DNA of 63,895 nucleotides, filler included, from Octopus bimaculoides (Eukaryota): NCBI RefSeq assembly GCF_001194135.2. It is 7 parts of 6 records of this genome, joined end to end, with 100 filler letters (N's around TTAATTAATTAA, not from the genome) between each part and the next. Parts side by side here need not be neighbours in the genome. Positions count along the whole stretch, not along the records: positions 16,130 to 30,405 come from NC_068985.1; positions 30,506 to 49,061 come from NC_068984.1; 5 more parts are not named here. One strand, written 5' to 3'. Positions 21,699 to 35,750 of this stretch are shown here, piece by piece. Each line of letters opens with the position of its first letter. Positions within the stretch are counted from its first letter, which is position 1. Under the pieces are notes generated by a model. That model did not search any database. It saw only the letters and a list, made by a program, of their open reading frames with translations, and was not told the DNA's origin. The position numbers and the translations under genes are program-made.

Positions 21699-22458
21699 GT
21701 AGAAATACACATGTATATATATATATATATATATTGGTATACACATGTATAGATACATACATACATACATACATACATACATACATGTGTGTGTTGTGTG
21801 TTTGTTCGCATGCAGATGGTTCACAGATACAAAAAATAAAGTACTCAATACCTGAAGAAATTTAAATTCAGAAAGTTGTCCCCACAATTATTTCTGTTTC
21901 GATTCGAGCTGATTCGGATTACCGCCATCAGCTACTTAAGTTTGCTATATAGCTTCACATATATAGTCTTACCCTGGAGGCCTGGGGACGGGTGGTGCAA
22001 AGAAGGAAGGAAGGAAGGAAGGAAGGGGTATGCAGTTCAAAGAAGCTTGAGAAATTTAGGAAGGGTGTATAGTGTGACAACTGGGTATTTTGTGTGTATA
22101 TTTTTGCCTTGACCAACCGGTTATCCGATCCCTTTGACCCACTTCTACTTCGCCAACTCACTTATACAGGTCTTCGTTTACACCCCGCGTATCAAGTCTG
22201 TATATTTATATAGACACAGCAACCTAAGCATATATGCGTCTGTCTACACATGTATACATATAAACTATATATATGAATTAGTGCTACCATGTACGCACAT
22301 ACTTAGATAAAGGGGACTGGATTTTCCAATACGCTGGCAACCTCATTCGCGAATACATTTATACAGATGTACATCCATAATAATCGCATACAACCATATA
22401 CATTCTCAAGTTTAAAACGTTTTATGTATATAATTACATGCACCTACACTCTCACGAT

Positions 22459-22504
<46 letters not shown>

Positions 22505-22535
22505 CACACATAAATACATACATACATACATACAC

Positions 22536-22591
<56 letters not shown>

Positions 22592-22767
22592 CTCATAGCT
22601 GGCCGCCAACACTTTTTCTGCAAAATAGTGGTAGTTTATCCTGTTCAGGCTATATTATTAGCATAATCCTGCGTTTGAGGATTTAAAATCACTTCTTTAA
22701 CTTTCTAAGACATGTCAACGCTTCTAGAAGCAAACTTCGTTTGTTTGTTTACGTTCATCGTAATTTG

Positions 22768-22823
<56 letters not shown>

Positions 22824-23244
22824 CATACATACGTACATATATACATGTATTCCTCTGTCTGTTTGTCTGTCTGTCTCTTTCTTTCTTTTTCTCTCTCTTT
22901 CTCTCTTTCTTTCTCTCCCTCTTTCATCTTCTGTCTTTCTTTGTCTCTCTCTCTCCCTCTCCCTCTATATGCATATTATAATGGGGCTGGTTTATGGGGT
23001 TACCCTGGGTTTCTCGCTTATAAAGGGTTTAGCCGGATCTAGCCTTTCTCATTTGCAAAACGAGTCCCCTTTAATGTAGCTCAGATTGCTTTCCATTTTG
23101 GCGTATCGGTGTACCTCTGAATTTTGATCACAACCAACCAATTACTTCATCTCGTAACGTAAAGAATCTAATGTTATTTGGAATTAAAGTCGGCAAATTT
23201 GGGTAATTTTAACCAATCAATAGATAGCGTGGCATTAGCAGCTT

Positions 23245-23258
23245 GTTACCATGACAAC
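23245..23258 (+). promoter_or_regulatory. Candidate RFX X-box with upstream CCAAT boxes
   Basis: GTTACCATGACAAC fits GTHNYYATRRNAAC; CCAAT at 23138-42 and 23213-17; sits in non-repeat, CpG-containing sequence. Confidence 0.35.
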
Positions 23259-24292
23259 CACACGCTGTGTTGTGGTTCACTTGCTCTATGTTGATTCTTC
23301 ACACTTGATTCTTCACACCACGAGATTCTCTTCACCCACGTGTTTTGTTTTAATTTTTCTATATGTTGGAATATTACGTATTTTTCTGTACATCTGTGTG
23401 TTAGTGTTTTTCTGTGCTTTTTTTTTTCTGTGTGTTCGTATTTTTACATATCTTTTATTTCATATGTTTTTGGGACTCATTGACTCAGTTAGCTGGATTT
23501 ATGTTTTCCCTAGGTTAATTCTATTCATAAGAATTTAAATTAGGAGTGTTTCTTAAACAGCTTAACTGAAATTTAGCCCACGTAACAGGAACTGTGAGGG
23601 ATATCGTGAAACAGGGAAACTGTGGGTGATGCAGATAATTTGACATTATTTTTGAATTCTGCATGCAAAAATATATAAGACAAAAGTATTCTTTTTCCTT
23701 GGGACAAATTCTTCGTTGACCAGTGTTATTCTTATCGTAGTTTACAAATCCAAGCATGAAAACGTTACACAACTTTGAAGTGTTGGAGACAGATGCCCTC
23801 TTCACACATACACACACACATGAATGCATGAATGTATATATAAACTTATATATGAAATAAACGTATATATGAATACATACATCCACATGCAGTTATATAT
23901 TAATGATGTACACTAATACATGACAGGTATACATTGTACTGAAATACGTATAAAGTAAACACATGCAGACAAATATATTAATGTAACAAATTTTGAAAAA
24001 TAATAAAACCATACATTCAATGAAGAGATAAAAGAAACAGTAAAATGATACATGTTGATTTTATTAGGTATTTCTCTCTATTTAGAAACCTACAATGAAC
24101 AGGTAGGACGCTAAACTCTAAATTTCACAGGGTACAACCTCAAAGTTGACACCGCTCCGCTAAACGCAGAAAATTTCTGTCTCGCTATTGGCTCGCTATT
24201 TAAACCTCTGTAACTTATTTCTCCAATTTTTTTTTATATGTGTTTGTGTATATATATATGTGTGTGTGTGTGTGTATGTATAAATATATATT

Positions 24293-24379
<87 letters not shown>

Positions 24380-24829
24380 TCGTGTGTTTAGGTGCTATAG
24401 TATATTAAACCACGTTTCTAACTAGCCACAAGTATAGATACACACACACCTTCAGACTCACACACAGCATTCGCACACATACATATATACGTTACGCGGC
24501 ATACACTGTCACATACACGCACACACAAACATGCAGATACATACCTCTCCCTGCCACTACACACATTAATAAGCTACATACATAGATATATATATACGCA
24601 CAACTTCACGTACACACACACATACACCCACTGACTGTATCTCTGTCTGTCTGTCTCTCTCACACTTACACACACACACATACCGACATCCCCCCTCCCA
24701 CACCTCCTCTTCATCCATTACAGACGACATGTCATGTCCATTGAACATTCCCACGTCATCTAAACTAAACAATGAACAACGTTTAATATATGAACACAAC
24801 TACAACACATGCAATTACAAACCATATTC

Positions 24830-25615
<786 letters not shown>

Positions 25616-25842
25616 ACGCTAATGACTTCGTAGGCGTCATGTGATCGTTACTCCGATTTCAAATCAATCGACTTCGTCATTAACCGTTCCAGACTCGGTA
25701 AAATAAAACTCCAATCATATATTTTTGACCATGCAATCGAGTTGATATTATTCACAGCAGAATAATTGACACAGGACATGAAGACTTAGTTATATTCTAC
25801 CAAAGCAAGATGTCACCAGAACCCCTATCGACAGGACGCTAA

Positions 25843-26058
25843 TATTCTTTTCTATTCTAGGCACAAGGCCCGAAATTTTTGGGGAGGGTGCCAGTAGATT
25901 AGATTGACTCCAGTACGCAACTGGTACTTAATTTATCGACCCCGAAAGGATAAAATGTAAAGTCGACCTCGGCGGAATTTGAACTCAGAACGTAAAGAAA
26001 GACGAAATATCGCTAAGCATTTCGCTCGGCGTGTTAACGTTTCTGGTAGCTCGCCGCC
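25843..26058 (-). mobile_element. SINE family B copy, with a DNA transposon inserted at its 5' end
   Basis: Full B consensus; its first 9 nt (CTCGCCGCC on +) are duplicated at 26707-26715. Confidence 0.9.
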
Positions 26059-26706
26059 GGATCTTGTTCAAAACGGGGGCACCAGTATTTTCTTAACGAA
26101 ACACTTTGAAACTTGGGACACTGGTAGAATGTGTCATATAAAACATCTTTTTCTCTTAGTCTTCTTAACAAAAAAACGTACATCGCAAGTTATTTCATGT
26201 TAAANNNNNNNNNNNNNNNNNNNNNNNNNNNNNNNNNNNNNNNNNNNNNNNNNNNNNNNNNNNNNNNNNNNNNNNNNNNNNNNNNNNNNNNNNNNNNNNN
26301 NNNNNNNNNNNNNNNNNNNNNNNNNNNNNNNNNNNNNNNNNNNNNNNNNNNNNNNNNNNNNNNNNNNNNNNNNNNNNNNNNNNNNNNNNNNNNNNNNNNN
26401 NNNNNNNNNNTTAGGGTTAGGGAAAACGAACACACGTGTGTTGCCTCTGCAAAATGTCAGAAGTAATGGAGATTAAATACGCTTTACACCGCTTAGGAGT
26501 AACTGTAAACAACTGAATACTTGTCAGTGATTGGTTGAAATTATCGAAATAAGACAATTTTTTACATGAAATAAATCCGAATACAAAAATTTTTTTCTGT
26601 TCTATAACACAAAATAGATAAGTATACGAAGTTTGAAAGTCTTTCGGTACCAAAAACACTACATAAAACATTAATGAAAACTGGTGCCCCCGTTTTGAAC
26701 AAGACC
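26059..26706. mobile_element. MITE with ~28-bp TIRs and 9-bp TSD (Mutator- or Merlin-type), containing TTAGGG repeats
   Basis: Left GGATCTTGTTCAAAACGGGGGCACCAGT; right end reverse-complemented GGTCTTGTTCAAAACGGGGGCACCAGT; TSD CTCGCCGCC at 26050-58 and 26707-15; TTAGGGTTAGGG at 26411-22 abuts an internal gap. Confidence 0.8.
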
Positions 26707-26914
26707 CTCGCCGCCTTCATAGATAATATAAATATTCTTTTCTACTCTGGGTACAAGACCCGAAAGTTTTGGGGTTGAATTTATTGAGTATATAAACAAA
26801 GTAGATTGATCAGAGACTGTACACACACCTGATGAGACCTCAATAAGTTTCGAAAATCGGTTAAGGTTGTTTGTCAATTTTTGCTGTCAGTTTACGAAGA
26901 AATTGCCATGTAGG

Positions 26915-26958
<44 letters not shown>

Positions 26959-27423
26959 CACACACACACACACACAGAAACACACACGCACGCGCGCGTG
27001 CGTGTATGCATGTATGAATGTATGTATGTATGAATGTATATATGAATGAATGAATGCATGCACACTCACACACACACGCACACACACACACATACACACG
27101 TAGCTTTTCTTTTCTGTCACTATGTAACTATGTCAGGTGTATTCTATTTGAATTGAGTGGACGTTTTGGCGGGAATGTTCTGTCAGTTGAAATGCGTGAA
27201 TTTGACGTCAAACTTATATCTATATGTTTATTTAAGGGCAGTTTTTCTATGGCTGGCGTTGTATATTGTTTTAGCAACAATGTCGTGCTGTATATGAAGA
27301 TAAAAAGCCCTGGTGACATTTTAGGGTGAATGTTGGTTATATAAATCAATCAGGAGGAGAAAGACCCTAGGTGGCCGTGCGCCGAGCTAGAAATACCACT
27401 CAATTTTCTCTCAGATCACTCAT

Positions 27424-27620
27424 AGGAGTTGGCGTGGCTGTGTGGCAGAGTAGCTTGCTTACCAGCCACATGGTTTCGGGTTCAGTGCCACTGCGTGGCA
27501 TCTTGGGCAAGTGTCTTCTACTATAGCCTCGGACCTTGTGAGTGGATTTGGTAGGCGGAAACTGAAAGAAGCCCGTCGTATATATGTGTGCGTGTGTGTG
27601 TGTGTGCGTGTGTGTGTGTA

Positions 27621-27659
<39 letters not shown>

Positions 27660-27682
27660 ACATCGCTTGACAACCGATGCTG
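27424..27682 (+). mobile_element. SINE family A copy (3' part in gap)
   Basis: TGGCTGTGTGG A box, GGTTCAGTGCC B box, CTTGGGCAAGTGTCTTCTACTATAGCCTCGG. Confidence 0.85.
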
Positions 27683-28564
27683 NNNNNNNNNNNNNNNNNN
27701 NNNNNNNNNNNNNNNNNNNNNNNNNNNNNNNNNNNNNNNNNNNNNNNNNNNNNNNNNNNNNNNNNNNNNNNNNNNNNNNNNNNNNNNNNNNNNNNNNNNN
27801 NNNNNNNNNNNNNNNNNNNNNNNNNNNNNNNNNNNNNNNNNNNNNNNNNNNNNNNNNNNNNNNNNNNNNNNNNNNNNNNNNNNNNNNNNNNNNNNNNNNN
27901 NNNNNNNNNNNNNNNNNNNNNNNNNNNNNNNNNNNNNNNNNNNNNNNNNNNNNNNNNNNNNNNNNNNNNNNNNNNNNNNNNNNNNNNNNNNNNNNNNNNN
28001 NNNNNNNNNNNNNNNNNNNNNNNNNNNNNNNNNNNNNNNNNNNNNNNNNNNNNNNNNNNNNNNNNNNNNNNNNNNNNNNNNNNNNNNNNNNNNNNNNNNN
28101 NNNNNNNNNNNNNNNNNNNNNNNNNNNNNNNNNNNNNNNNNNNNNNNNNNNNNNNNNNNNNNNNNNNNNNNNNNNNNNNNNNNNNNNNNNNNNNNNNNNN
28201 NNNNNNNNNNNNNNNNNNNNNNNNNNNNNNNNNNNNNNNNNNNNNNNNNNNNNNNNNNNNNNNNNNNNNNNNNNNNNNNNNNNNNNNNNNNNNNNNNNNN
28301 NNNNNNNNNNNNNNNNNNNNNNNNNNNNNNNNNNNNNNNNNNNNNNNNNNNNNNNNNNNNNNNNNNNNNNNNNNNNNNNNNNNNNNNNNNNNNNNNNNNN
28401 NNNNNNNNNNNNGGTGGTGGTAGTGTTGTTGTTGTTGTTGTAGGTGTTGTTGTTGGTGGTGGTGTTGATGGTGGTAGTGGTGGTGGTGGTAGTGGCGTTG
28501 TTGAAGTTTGTTGTTGGTGGCGGTGGTGTCAATTTATTGTCAAACGACAGTTTTGTCACACGTG

Positions 28565-28609
<45 letters not shown>

Positions 28610-28737
28610 CTGTGTGTATTTGTGCGTGTGCGCATGTGTGTGTGAGTGTGAGTTTACGTGCGCTGATACATACACACGCGCACATTGCGCATACGAATAC
28701 ATACATACATGCTTACACGCATACATACATACATACA

Positions 28738-28771
<34 letters not shown>

Positions 28772-29623
28772 NNNNNNNNNNNNNNNNNNNNNNNNNNNNN
28801 NNNNNNNNNNNNNNNNNNNNNNNNNNNNNNNNNNNNNNNNNNNNNNNNNNNNNNNNNNNNNNNNNNNNNNNNNNNNNNNNNNNNNNNNNNNNNNNNNNNN
28901 NNNNNNNNNNNNNNNNNNNNNNNNNNNNNNNNNNNNNNNNNNNNNNNNNNNNNNNNNNNNNNNNNNNNNNNNNNNNNNNNNNNNNNNNNNNNNNNNNNNN
29001 NNNNNNNNNNNNNNNNNNNNNNNNNNNNNNNNNNNNNNNNNNNNNNNNNNNNNNNNNNNNNNNNNNNNNNNNNNNNNNNNNNNNNNNNNNNNNNNNNNNN
29101 NNNNNNNNNNNNNNNNNNNNNNNNNNNNNNNNNNNNNNNNNNNNNNNNNNNNNNNNNNNNNNNNNNNNNNNNNNNNNNNNNNNNNNNNNNNNNNNNNNNN
29201 NNNNNNNNNNNNNNNNNNNNNNNNNNNNNNNNNNNNNNNNNNNNNNNNNNNNNNNNNNNNNNNNNNNNNNNNNNNNNNNNNNNNNNNNNNNNNNNNNTAT
29301 ATATATATATATATATATATGTACGCAAGTATATACACACGTGCGCTCGTACACAAAGTTAGTTTCAATATACGGAGCGTGTGTACACATACAACTGGTT
29401 ACCCGCCAACGGCAGAACCTTTGTGAGAAGAAAACAGCCAAATCCCCCTCAAATGATCACGTCCTTAATGTCTGCAAGCGGGAAGAACACGTCAGATGAT
29501 GTAATCCTAGGTAGACAAATATCTGGGTGAAAAAGATAAAAGCCGAAACGAGCATGTCTTGAATTGAACGGTTTTGTTTCTGGGCGCCATAATCTGGTTT
29601 GACCTTGGGCTAAACAACAACAA

Positions 29624-29654
<31 letters not shown>

Positions 29655-29713
29655 ACCACCAGTCACTGGACAACTGATATTTGGTTACATTGTTATACGT
29701 ATATAATAACACC

Positions 29714-30135
29714 TGTGGTTGTGTGGTAAGAAGATTGTTTCCCAACTATATGGTTCCGGGTTCAAATCCCAATGCGTGGAACCTTAGGCAAGTGTATTCT
29801 CCTACATCCTCAGACCAACCAAAGTCTTGTTAGTGGATTCCGTTGTTTGATCCACTGAATTATCTGCTTTTAAATTAGCATGTTAGAGGCCGAGTATTCC
29901 ACAGACACGAGTACCCTCAGCGTCATTCTGGAGCAGAATCAGTACGCTTCATCGTGTGACACAACTTTACTTGTTGGATCAGAGTTACAATCTACCTGGT
30001 GGGCTTCTACATAGTTTCCCAGTTTTACTCATAAGGTAAGAGTTAACCGGAAGCTATAGAAAATGACATTTCTTCGAGATACCATGCATTGAGATTGAAC
30101 CCGGGACATCGTGCTTGTTAAGCGAACTTCTTAAT
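29714..30135. mobile_element. Cluster of degenerate SINE fragments (A +, C -, A -)
   Basis: 29714-29840 A head; 29841-29990 C body (GAGTATTCCACAGACACG.GTACCCT); 30000-30135 A head in reverse. Confidence 0.6.
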
Positions 30136-30292
30136 CATTTGGACGTAATGCGCCTACTTTGCACATACTTGGACGAACATACATACGAACATATATACAT
30201 GCATGCATACATACGTACATACATATACGTATATACGTTCATACATACATACACACATACATACATATATACATACATGCATATATAGATGC

Positions 30293-30337
<45 letters not shown>

Positions 30338-31012
30338 TACATGCATATATGCATGTACATTGACTCATACTCACACAAATACATACACACATACAATTAT
30401 ACTTTNNNNNNNNNNNNNNNNNNNNNNNNNNNNNNNNNNNNNNNNNNNNTTAATTAATTAANNNNNNNNNNNNNNNNNNNNNNNNNNNNNNNNNNNNNNN
30501 NNNNNTGAGAGAGGGAGGGAGAGAGAGAGAGAGGGAGGGAGGGAGAGAGGGAGGGAGGGAGAGAGAGAGTGAGAGAGAGTGAGAGAGTGAGCGAGTGAGA
30601 GAGATTTATAGATAGATAGATAGAGAGATAGATAGATAGATGCATATATATGTGTGTGTGTGTGTGTGTGTATACACATATATATGCATATATATGTGCG
30701 TCAGTGTTTGTAGACACATATATGCATATACAAGTGTATATGCATATATTCATAATTACACTCGTATACAAGCACGTATACATGTTTGTAAACATATGTA
30801 TGTATATACAGACACAAACTGAAGTAGCTTCACTTCTCAATGAAATATTTACGATTTGTTTACCTAATCAAAATTTATGTATCTTACAGAAACAACGTCG
30901 ATTATAAACCAATAGAGACATAGCACAGAAACATACATGCGCACGAAACAGCTACACACACACACACACACACAGACACACACACTATTAATGTTGAGGC
31001 GGGTATTAAAGG

Positions 31013-31053
<41 letters not shown>

Positions 31054-31115
31054 TTACCCACACACACCCAATCTATATCTACATCTACTTACGTAAATAG
31101 ATGGATAGAGAAGAG

Positions 31116-31157
<42 letters not shown>

Positions 31158-31265
31158 GAGACAGAGAGAGACAGAGACAGAGAGACAGACAGACAGACAG
31201 ACAAGTTGACAGAAAGATAGATACATATATAGACAGACAGACAGATAGATAGATAGATAGATAAT

Positions 31266-31334
<69 letters not shown>

Positions 31335-31736
31335 TATAATATAATGGCTTTATAATATCGTACGTTGCCGTTTCTGGTGAATATGAGATTAGCCATTAGA
31401 GAGAGAGAGAGATGAGGAGATTGTAAATTTCTCTCACAACCAAATTAGTAATGTCCATTCTTACGTCTACTTTATCACCCACATTTATATTTCCGTGTTA
31501 CGTTTTTAAAAATATGAAGTAATCTTTGTCTGCCTCCAATAAATCACATGAAACGATGGTTGAGCGGAGCATCCTGTGCGTTGTTACCGGATCTGCATGA
31601 AATAGCAACCTGATACACCTCAAATTACGCATTATTGTATTTTAAAATCAAGCAATCTACGTTAAATAATGATGCTCCAAGGCTGAAATAAATGAGAAAA
31701 ACGGGGTGATTATGGGTGTAACATCTCCTTTCCATA

Positions 31737-31913
31737 TACATTATTTACATTATTTACATTTGACGGAAATTTGTTTTCATCTTGTTTGTTGTTAACACAA
31801 CGTTTCGGCTGATATACCTTCCAGCTTTCATCAGGTGTCTTGAGGAAATTTTGAACCTGGGTTCTCACTCCTAAGGTATTTTTCGATGTTATAATTATTA
31901 TTATGATTATTAC

Positions 31914-31946
<33 letters not shown>

Positions 31947-32107
31947 TATTAAGGCCACTGCCTGGAATTGAACTCGAAATCTTGGGGGTTAGTATCCCAC
32001 GCTCTTAACCACTACGCCATATGCCCGTGGGCATGTCCGTCAAATTAATAAATAATGTAAATAATGTAAATAATGTACATAATTCCTCATCTCTTAAATA
32101 TAGAACG
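31737..32107 (-). mobile_element. tRNA-headed SINE (family P) with Penelope-type tail, hammerhead motif and inverted tail copy
   Basis: Minus strand: GGGCATATGGCGTAGTGGTTAAGAGCG...GAGTTCAATTCCAGG (A and B boxes), (AAT)n spacer, CACCTGATGAAAGCTGGAAGGTATATCAGCCGAAACGTTGTGTT, tail TCCGTCAAATGTAAATAATGTAAATAATGTA. The same tail recurs inverted at 32036-32077. Confidence 0.7.
31794..31839 (-). ncRNA. Minimal hammerhead motif (dimer-type, palindromic ACGU helix III)
   Basis: Stem I GACAC/GTGTT; CTGATGA (31834-31828); stem II GCTG/CAGC; GAAAC-GT-T, i.e. ACGU palindrome and a GUU site. One extra A and one mismatch at the stem II base. Confidence 0.5.
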
Positions 32108-32202
32108 GTATTATCCTTTCCGTATATCTAGCAAACGGAGTAACAACAACATCAGGAATATATGGCACGAGCTGTTGTTTTGAGCGTCTCAATATCTTTC
32201 AT

Positions 32203-32578
32203 CTTTTTACTTATATCACTCATTGGGCTACGATTATTCTGCAACACTATTTTGGAAGATGTTGGTCGAACAAATCGACCCCAGTCCGAGTTACTTTTTA
32301 AAGCCGGGTACTTGTTCTATTTGCTCTATTTGCCGAACGACTAAGTTACGGGAACGTAAAGAAGCCAACACCGGTTTACAAACGGAATGTGCGACTAATA
32401 CTGATATAAACGCACACGCACACATATTTATATAAACGACCGGCTTTCACAGAGTGTCTTTCACAACGCGTTGGTCAGCCCAGGGCTATAGTCGAAGACA
32501 CTTGTCCAAGATGCCGTCTGGTGAGACTGAACTCAAAACCACGTGGTAACAAAGCAAGCTTCTTAACCACTCAACCAG
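32203..32578 (-). mobile_element. SINE family A, diverged copy
   Basis: GCCGAACGACTAAGTTACGGGAACGTAAA...TTGGTCAGCCCAGGGCTATAGTCGAAGACACTTGTCCAAG. Confidence 0.75.
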
Positions 32579-32943
32579 CCCTCGGTAATTTAAAGTAATT
32601 TACATACATTCAATATGGAGAATAAGTGTAAGTTTCTAAAGTTCTTAAACACGACTCCAGCAGTGAGACGAGGAAAAGTATTGTCCATGCGTAATTCCGT
32701 CCAAGGTGGGCAGGGGCGGTAACTCCGAAATCTCAAATGATGAAAATTTCAAATGACTCATACATTCAGAAGAGAATGTTAACACAAGGGTTACTATTAA
32801 TTCAGTGAATATCGGGAATATAATACACGGAGTGTGTAGAATTGGCAATTAGTATTCGTAACATACAGCATATAAATTAATTAATTCTATGAGATTAATT
32901 GCATGAGAGAAAAGAATAGCTGGATGAACTCTGGCTCTGTCTC

Positions 32944-33005
<62 letters not shown>

Positions 33006-33794
33006 NNNNNNNNNNNNNNNNNNNNNNNNNNNNNNNNNNNNNNNNNNNNNNNNNNNNNNNNNNNNNNNNNNNNNNNNNNNNNNNNNNNNNNNNNNNNNNN
33101 NNNNNNNNNNNNNNNNNNNNNNNNNNNNNNNNNNNNNNNNNNNNNNNNNNNNNNNNNNNNNNNNNNNNNNNNNNNNNNNNNNNNNNNNNNNNNNNNNNNN
33201 NNNNNNNNNNNNNNNNNNNNNNNNNNNNNNNNNNNNNNNNNNNNNNNNNNNNNNNNNNNNNNNNNNNNNNNNNNNNNNNNNNNNNNNNNNNNNNNNNNNN
33301 NNNNNNNNNNNNNNNNNNNNNNNNNNNNNNNNNNNNNNNNNNNNNNNNNNNNNNNNNNNNNNNNNNNNNNNNNNNNNNNNNNNNNNNNNNNNNNNNNNNN
33401 NNNNNNNNNNNNNNNNNNNNNNNNNNNNNNNNNNNNNNNNNNNNNNNNNNNNNNNNNNNNNNNNNNNNNNNNNNNNNNNNNNNNNNNNNNNNNNNNNNNN
33501 NNNNNNNNNNNNNNNNNNNNNNNNNNNNNNNNNNNNNNNATATATATATATATATATATATACATATATAGATATAGATATATGAATGTGTGTGTATATA
33601 TATTTATGTATGTATGTATATAATGTATATATACATATGTATCTATACATATATAATTGTGTATGTATATATATTTATGCATATATGTATATATACATAT
33701 ATATATATATGTTTGTATGTATATATATATATTTATATATATATACGTGTGTATGCGTGCGCATGTGTGTGCGTGTGTGTGTGTGTGTGTATAA

Positions 33795-33836
<42 letters not shown>

Positions 33837-34382
33837 CGAAATATATTGCTATGAAATTTATTCTCAAGTTCTCTAACGTGTTGCGTCACTTTCATTGTAT
33901 CTTAAAGCATGAATAGGCGGAAACTTAGATATTAAACTATCGTAAGATTACAGATTCACGTGAGGTGGACAAATAGTTTGTTGTTGCTGTTCTTGTTGTT
34001 TAACCCTGGGTCAACTATGATTGACCATACATACATTCATCGGTTGCGGCCCTCCGTTCTAATTTTGCTAATATTTTTTTTTTACTACCATAAATTCTGA
34101 ACCGTAACTTAACATATACCATCTTGAAATGTTGTGTAAGAATAACCGAACCGAAACATATGTATATTGAGTTCTACATCGGTTTGTTGGTCTCGCAATG
34201 CCTGAGGATAATATTTCCTTTTGAAAATTAGTATTATTTCATCATTTTGTGTCAGCACCAAGAAATTTGATAAAAACTAAATTGTAATTATTGGATGCCT
34301 GCCTTGCTTCTTGTTATATCCGCCAAAGTTAGCCATTATTTGACGAGTAATACTACATTTTTTTAAAATAAACTATTGTCGA

Positions 34383-34765
34383 GGCACTTCGTCGATTACG
34401 ACGATGAGTGGCCCATTTGATCTACTCAACGGAACAGCCTGCTCGTGAAATTAACGTGCAAGTGGCTGGACACTCCACAGACACGTGTACCCTTAACGTA
34501 GTTCTCGGGGAGATTCAGCATGACACACAGTGTGACAAGGCTGCCCCCTTTGAAATACAAGTACAAGACAAATGGGAAGAAAGAGTGAGAGAAAGTTGTG
34601 GTGAAAAATTACAGCAGGGTTCACCACCCTACCCCCCTGCCGTAGTTTCGTGGGGATTTTACGTGTTTTCGCTCAATAAACACTCACAACGTCCGGTTCG
34701 GGAAACGGAACCGCGATCCTTTGACCGCGAGTCCGCTGCCCTAACCACTGGACCATTGCGCCTCC
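34383..34765 (-). mobile_element. SINE family C, near full length
   Basis: Matches 57184-57552; head GGGAGGCGCAATGGTCCAGTGGTTAGGGCAGCGG on minus. Confidence 0.9.
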
Positions 34766-35274
34766 CGTAATCTACTGTACTAAACAAGTATTATCATCGA
34801 TTTAATCGTAAAGCTTACGTCAATGAAAAAAAAATCTATATTAAAATCAAACTTCAATTCTATTCGTACTTCGACAAAATTAGTCATTCATTTTACCTCT
34901 TCGTTTTTAGTTTCTTATTAACAAAGTTTTCTATCAATATCGATCATAAAATACATGTGCAAATGTCGATTGTAATCAATATAGAGAATACTAATATTAC
35001 CTTTGCAATATTGCACCTGGCTTTTTTAAAAAACTAAACTAATTCAGAATTCATAATAGGTAATGTTTCATTTAAAAATATTTCCAATATAAAACGTTAT
35101 TAGAAATCGTTATGGCTTCATGTCTTTCTTTAGATTCACGTTGTTTTATTAATTCTTTTCTTAATCATCCGTATTCTGTTCTGTATTCTGATGGATGAAT
35201 TGGATTTTCTGGGGAGGGGATTCCTTTAATTTCCGAAATCGTCTCACACTCAAGAATTATTACCTGGGATTATC

Positions 35275-35470
35275 TTTTTCCTTATTTCAGTCTTTCGACT
35301 GCGGCCATACTGGGGCATCAACTCGTATCGACCCCAGTACTTATATTTCTTAAGATTTTTGCTTATGCTATCGGTTTTTTTTTGTCCGAGCCGCTAGTTT
35401 ACAGGGACGTAAGCACCCCAGCACCGGTTATCAAGCGGTGGTGGGAGACAAACACAGACATAAAAACAGA
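35275..35470 (-). mobile_element. SINE family A, 3' half
   Basis: CGACTGCGGCCATACTGGGGCA...GCACCGGTTATCAAGCGGTGGTGGGAGACAAACACAGAC. Confidence 0.7.
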
Positions 35471-35557
35471 CACACGCACATCAATCCATCAATCCATCCA
35501 TTCATTCATTAATATATACATGCATACATGCATACATGCATACATACATAGATACGG

Positions 35558-35690
35558 CTCTCGTGGTTTTTGATCTTAAATGACTTGACGTGTCATGTAT
35601 ATGTTTTGTCTTGGCATAAAAGATGGGCTACAGCGATGTTTCTGCTTGACCTTAACCAGTTGAGCATGTCCCTGGGTGGCTGTCGATATG
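35558..35690 (+). repeat. Family H fragment
   Basis: AAAAGATGGGCTACAGC...CTTAACCAGTTGAGCATGTCCC. Confidence 0.65.
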
Positions 35691-35699
35691 ACCGAGAGA

Positions 35700-35750
<51 letters not shown>

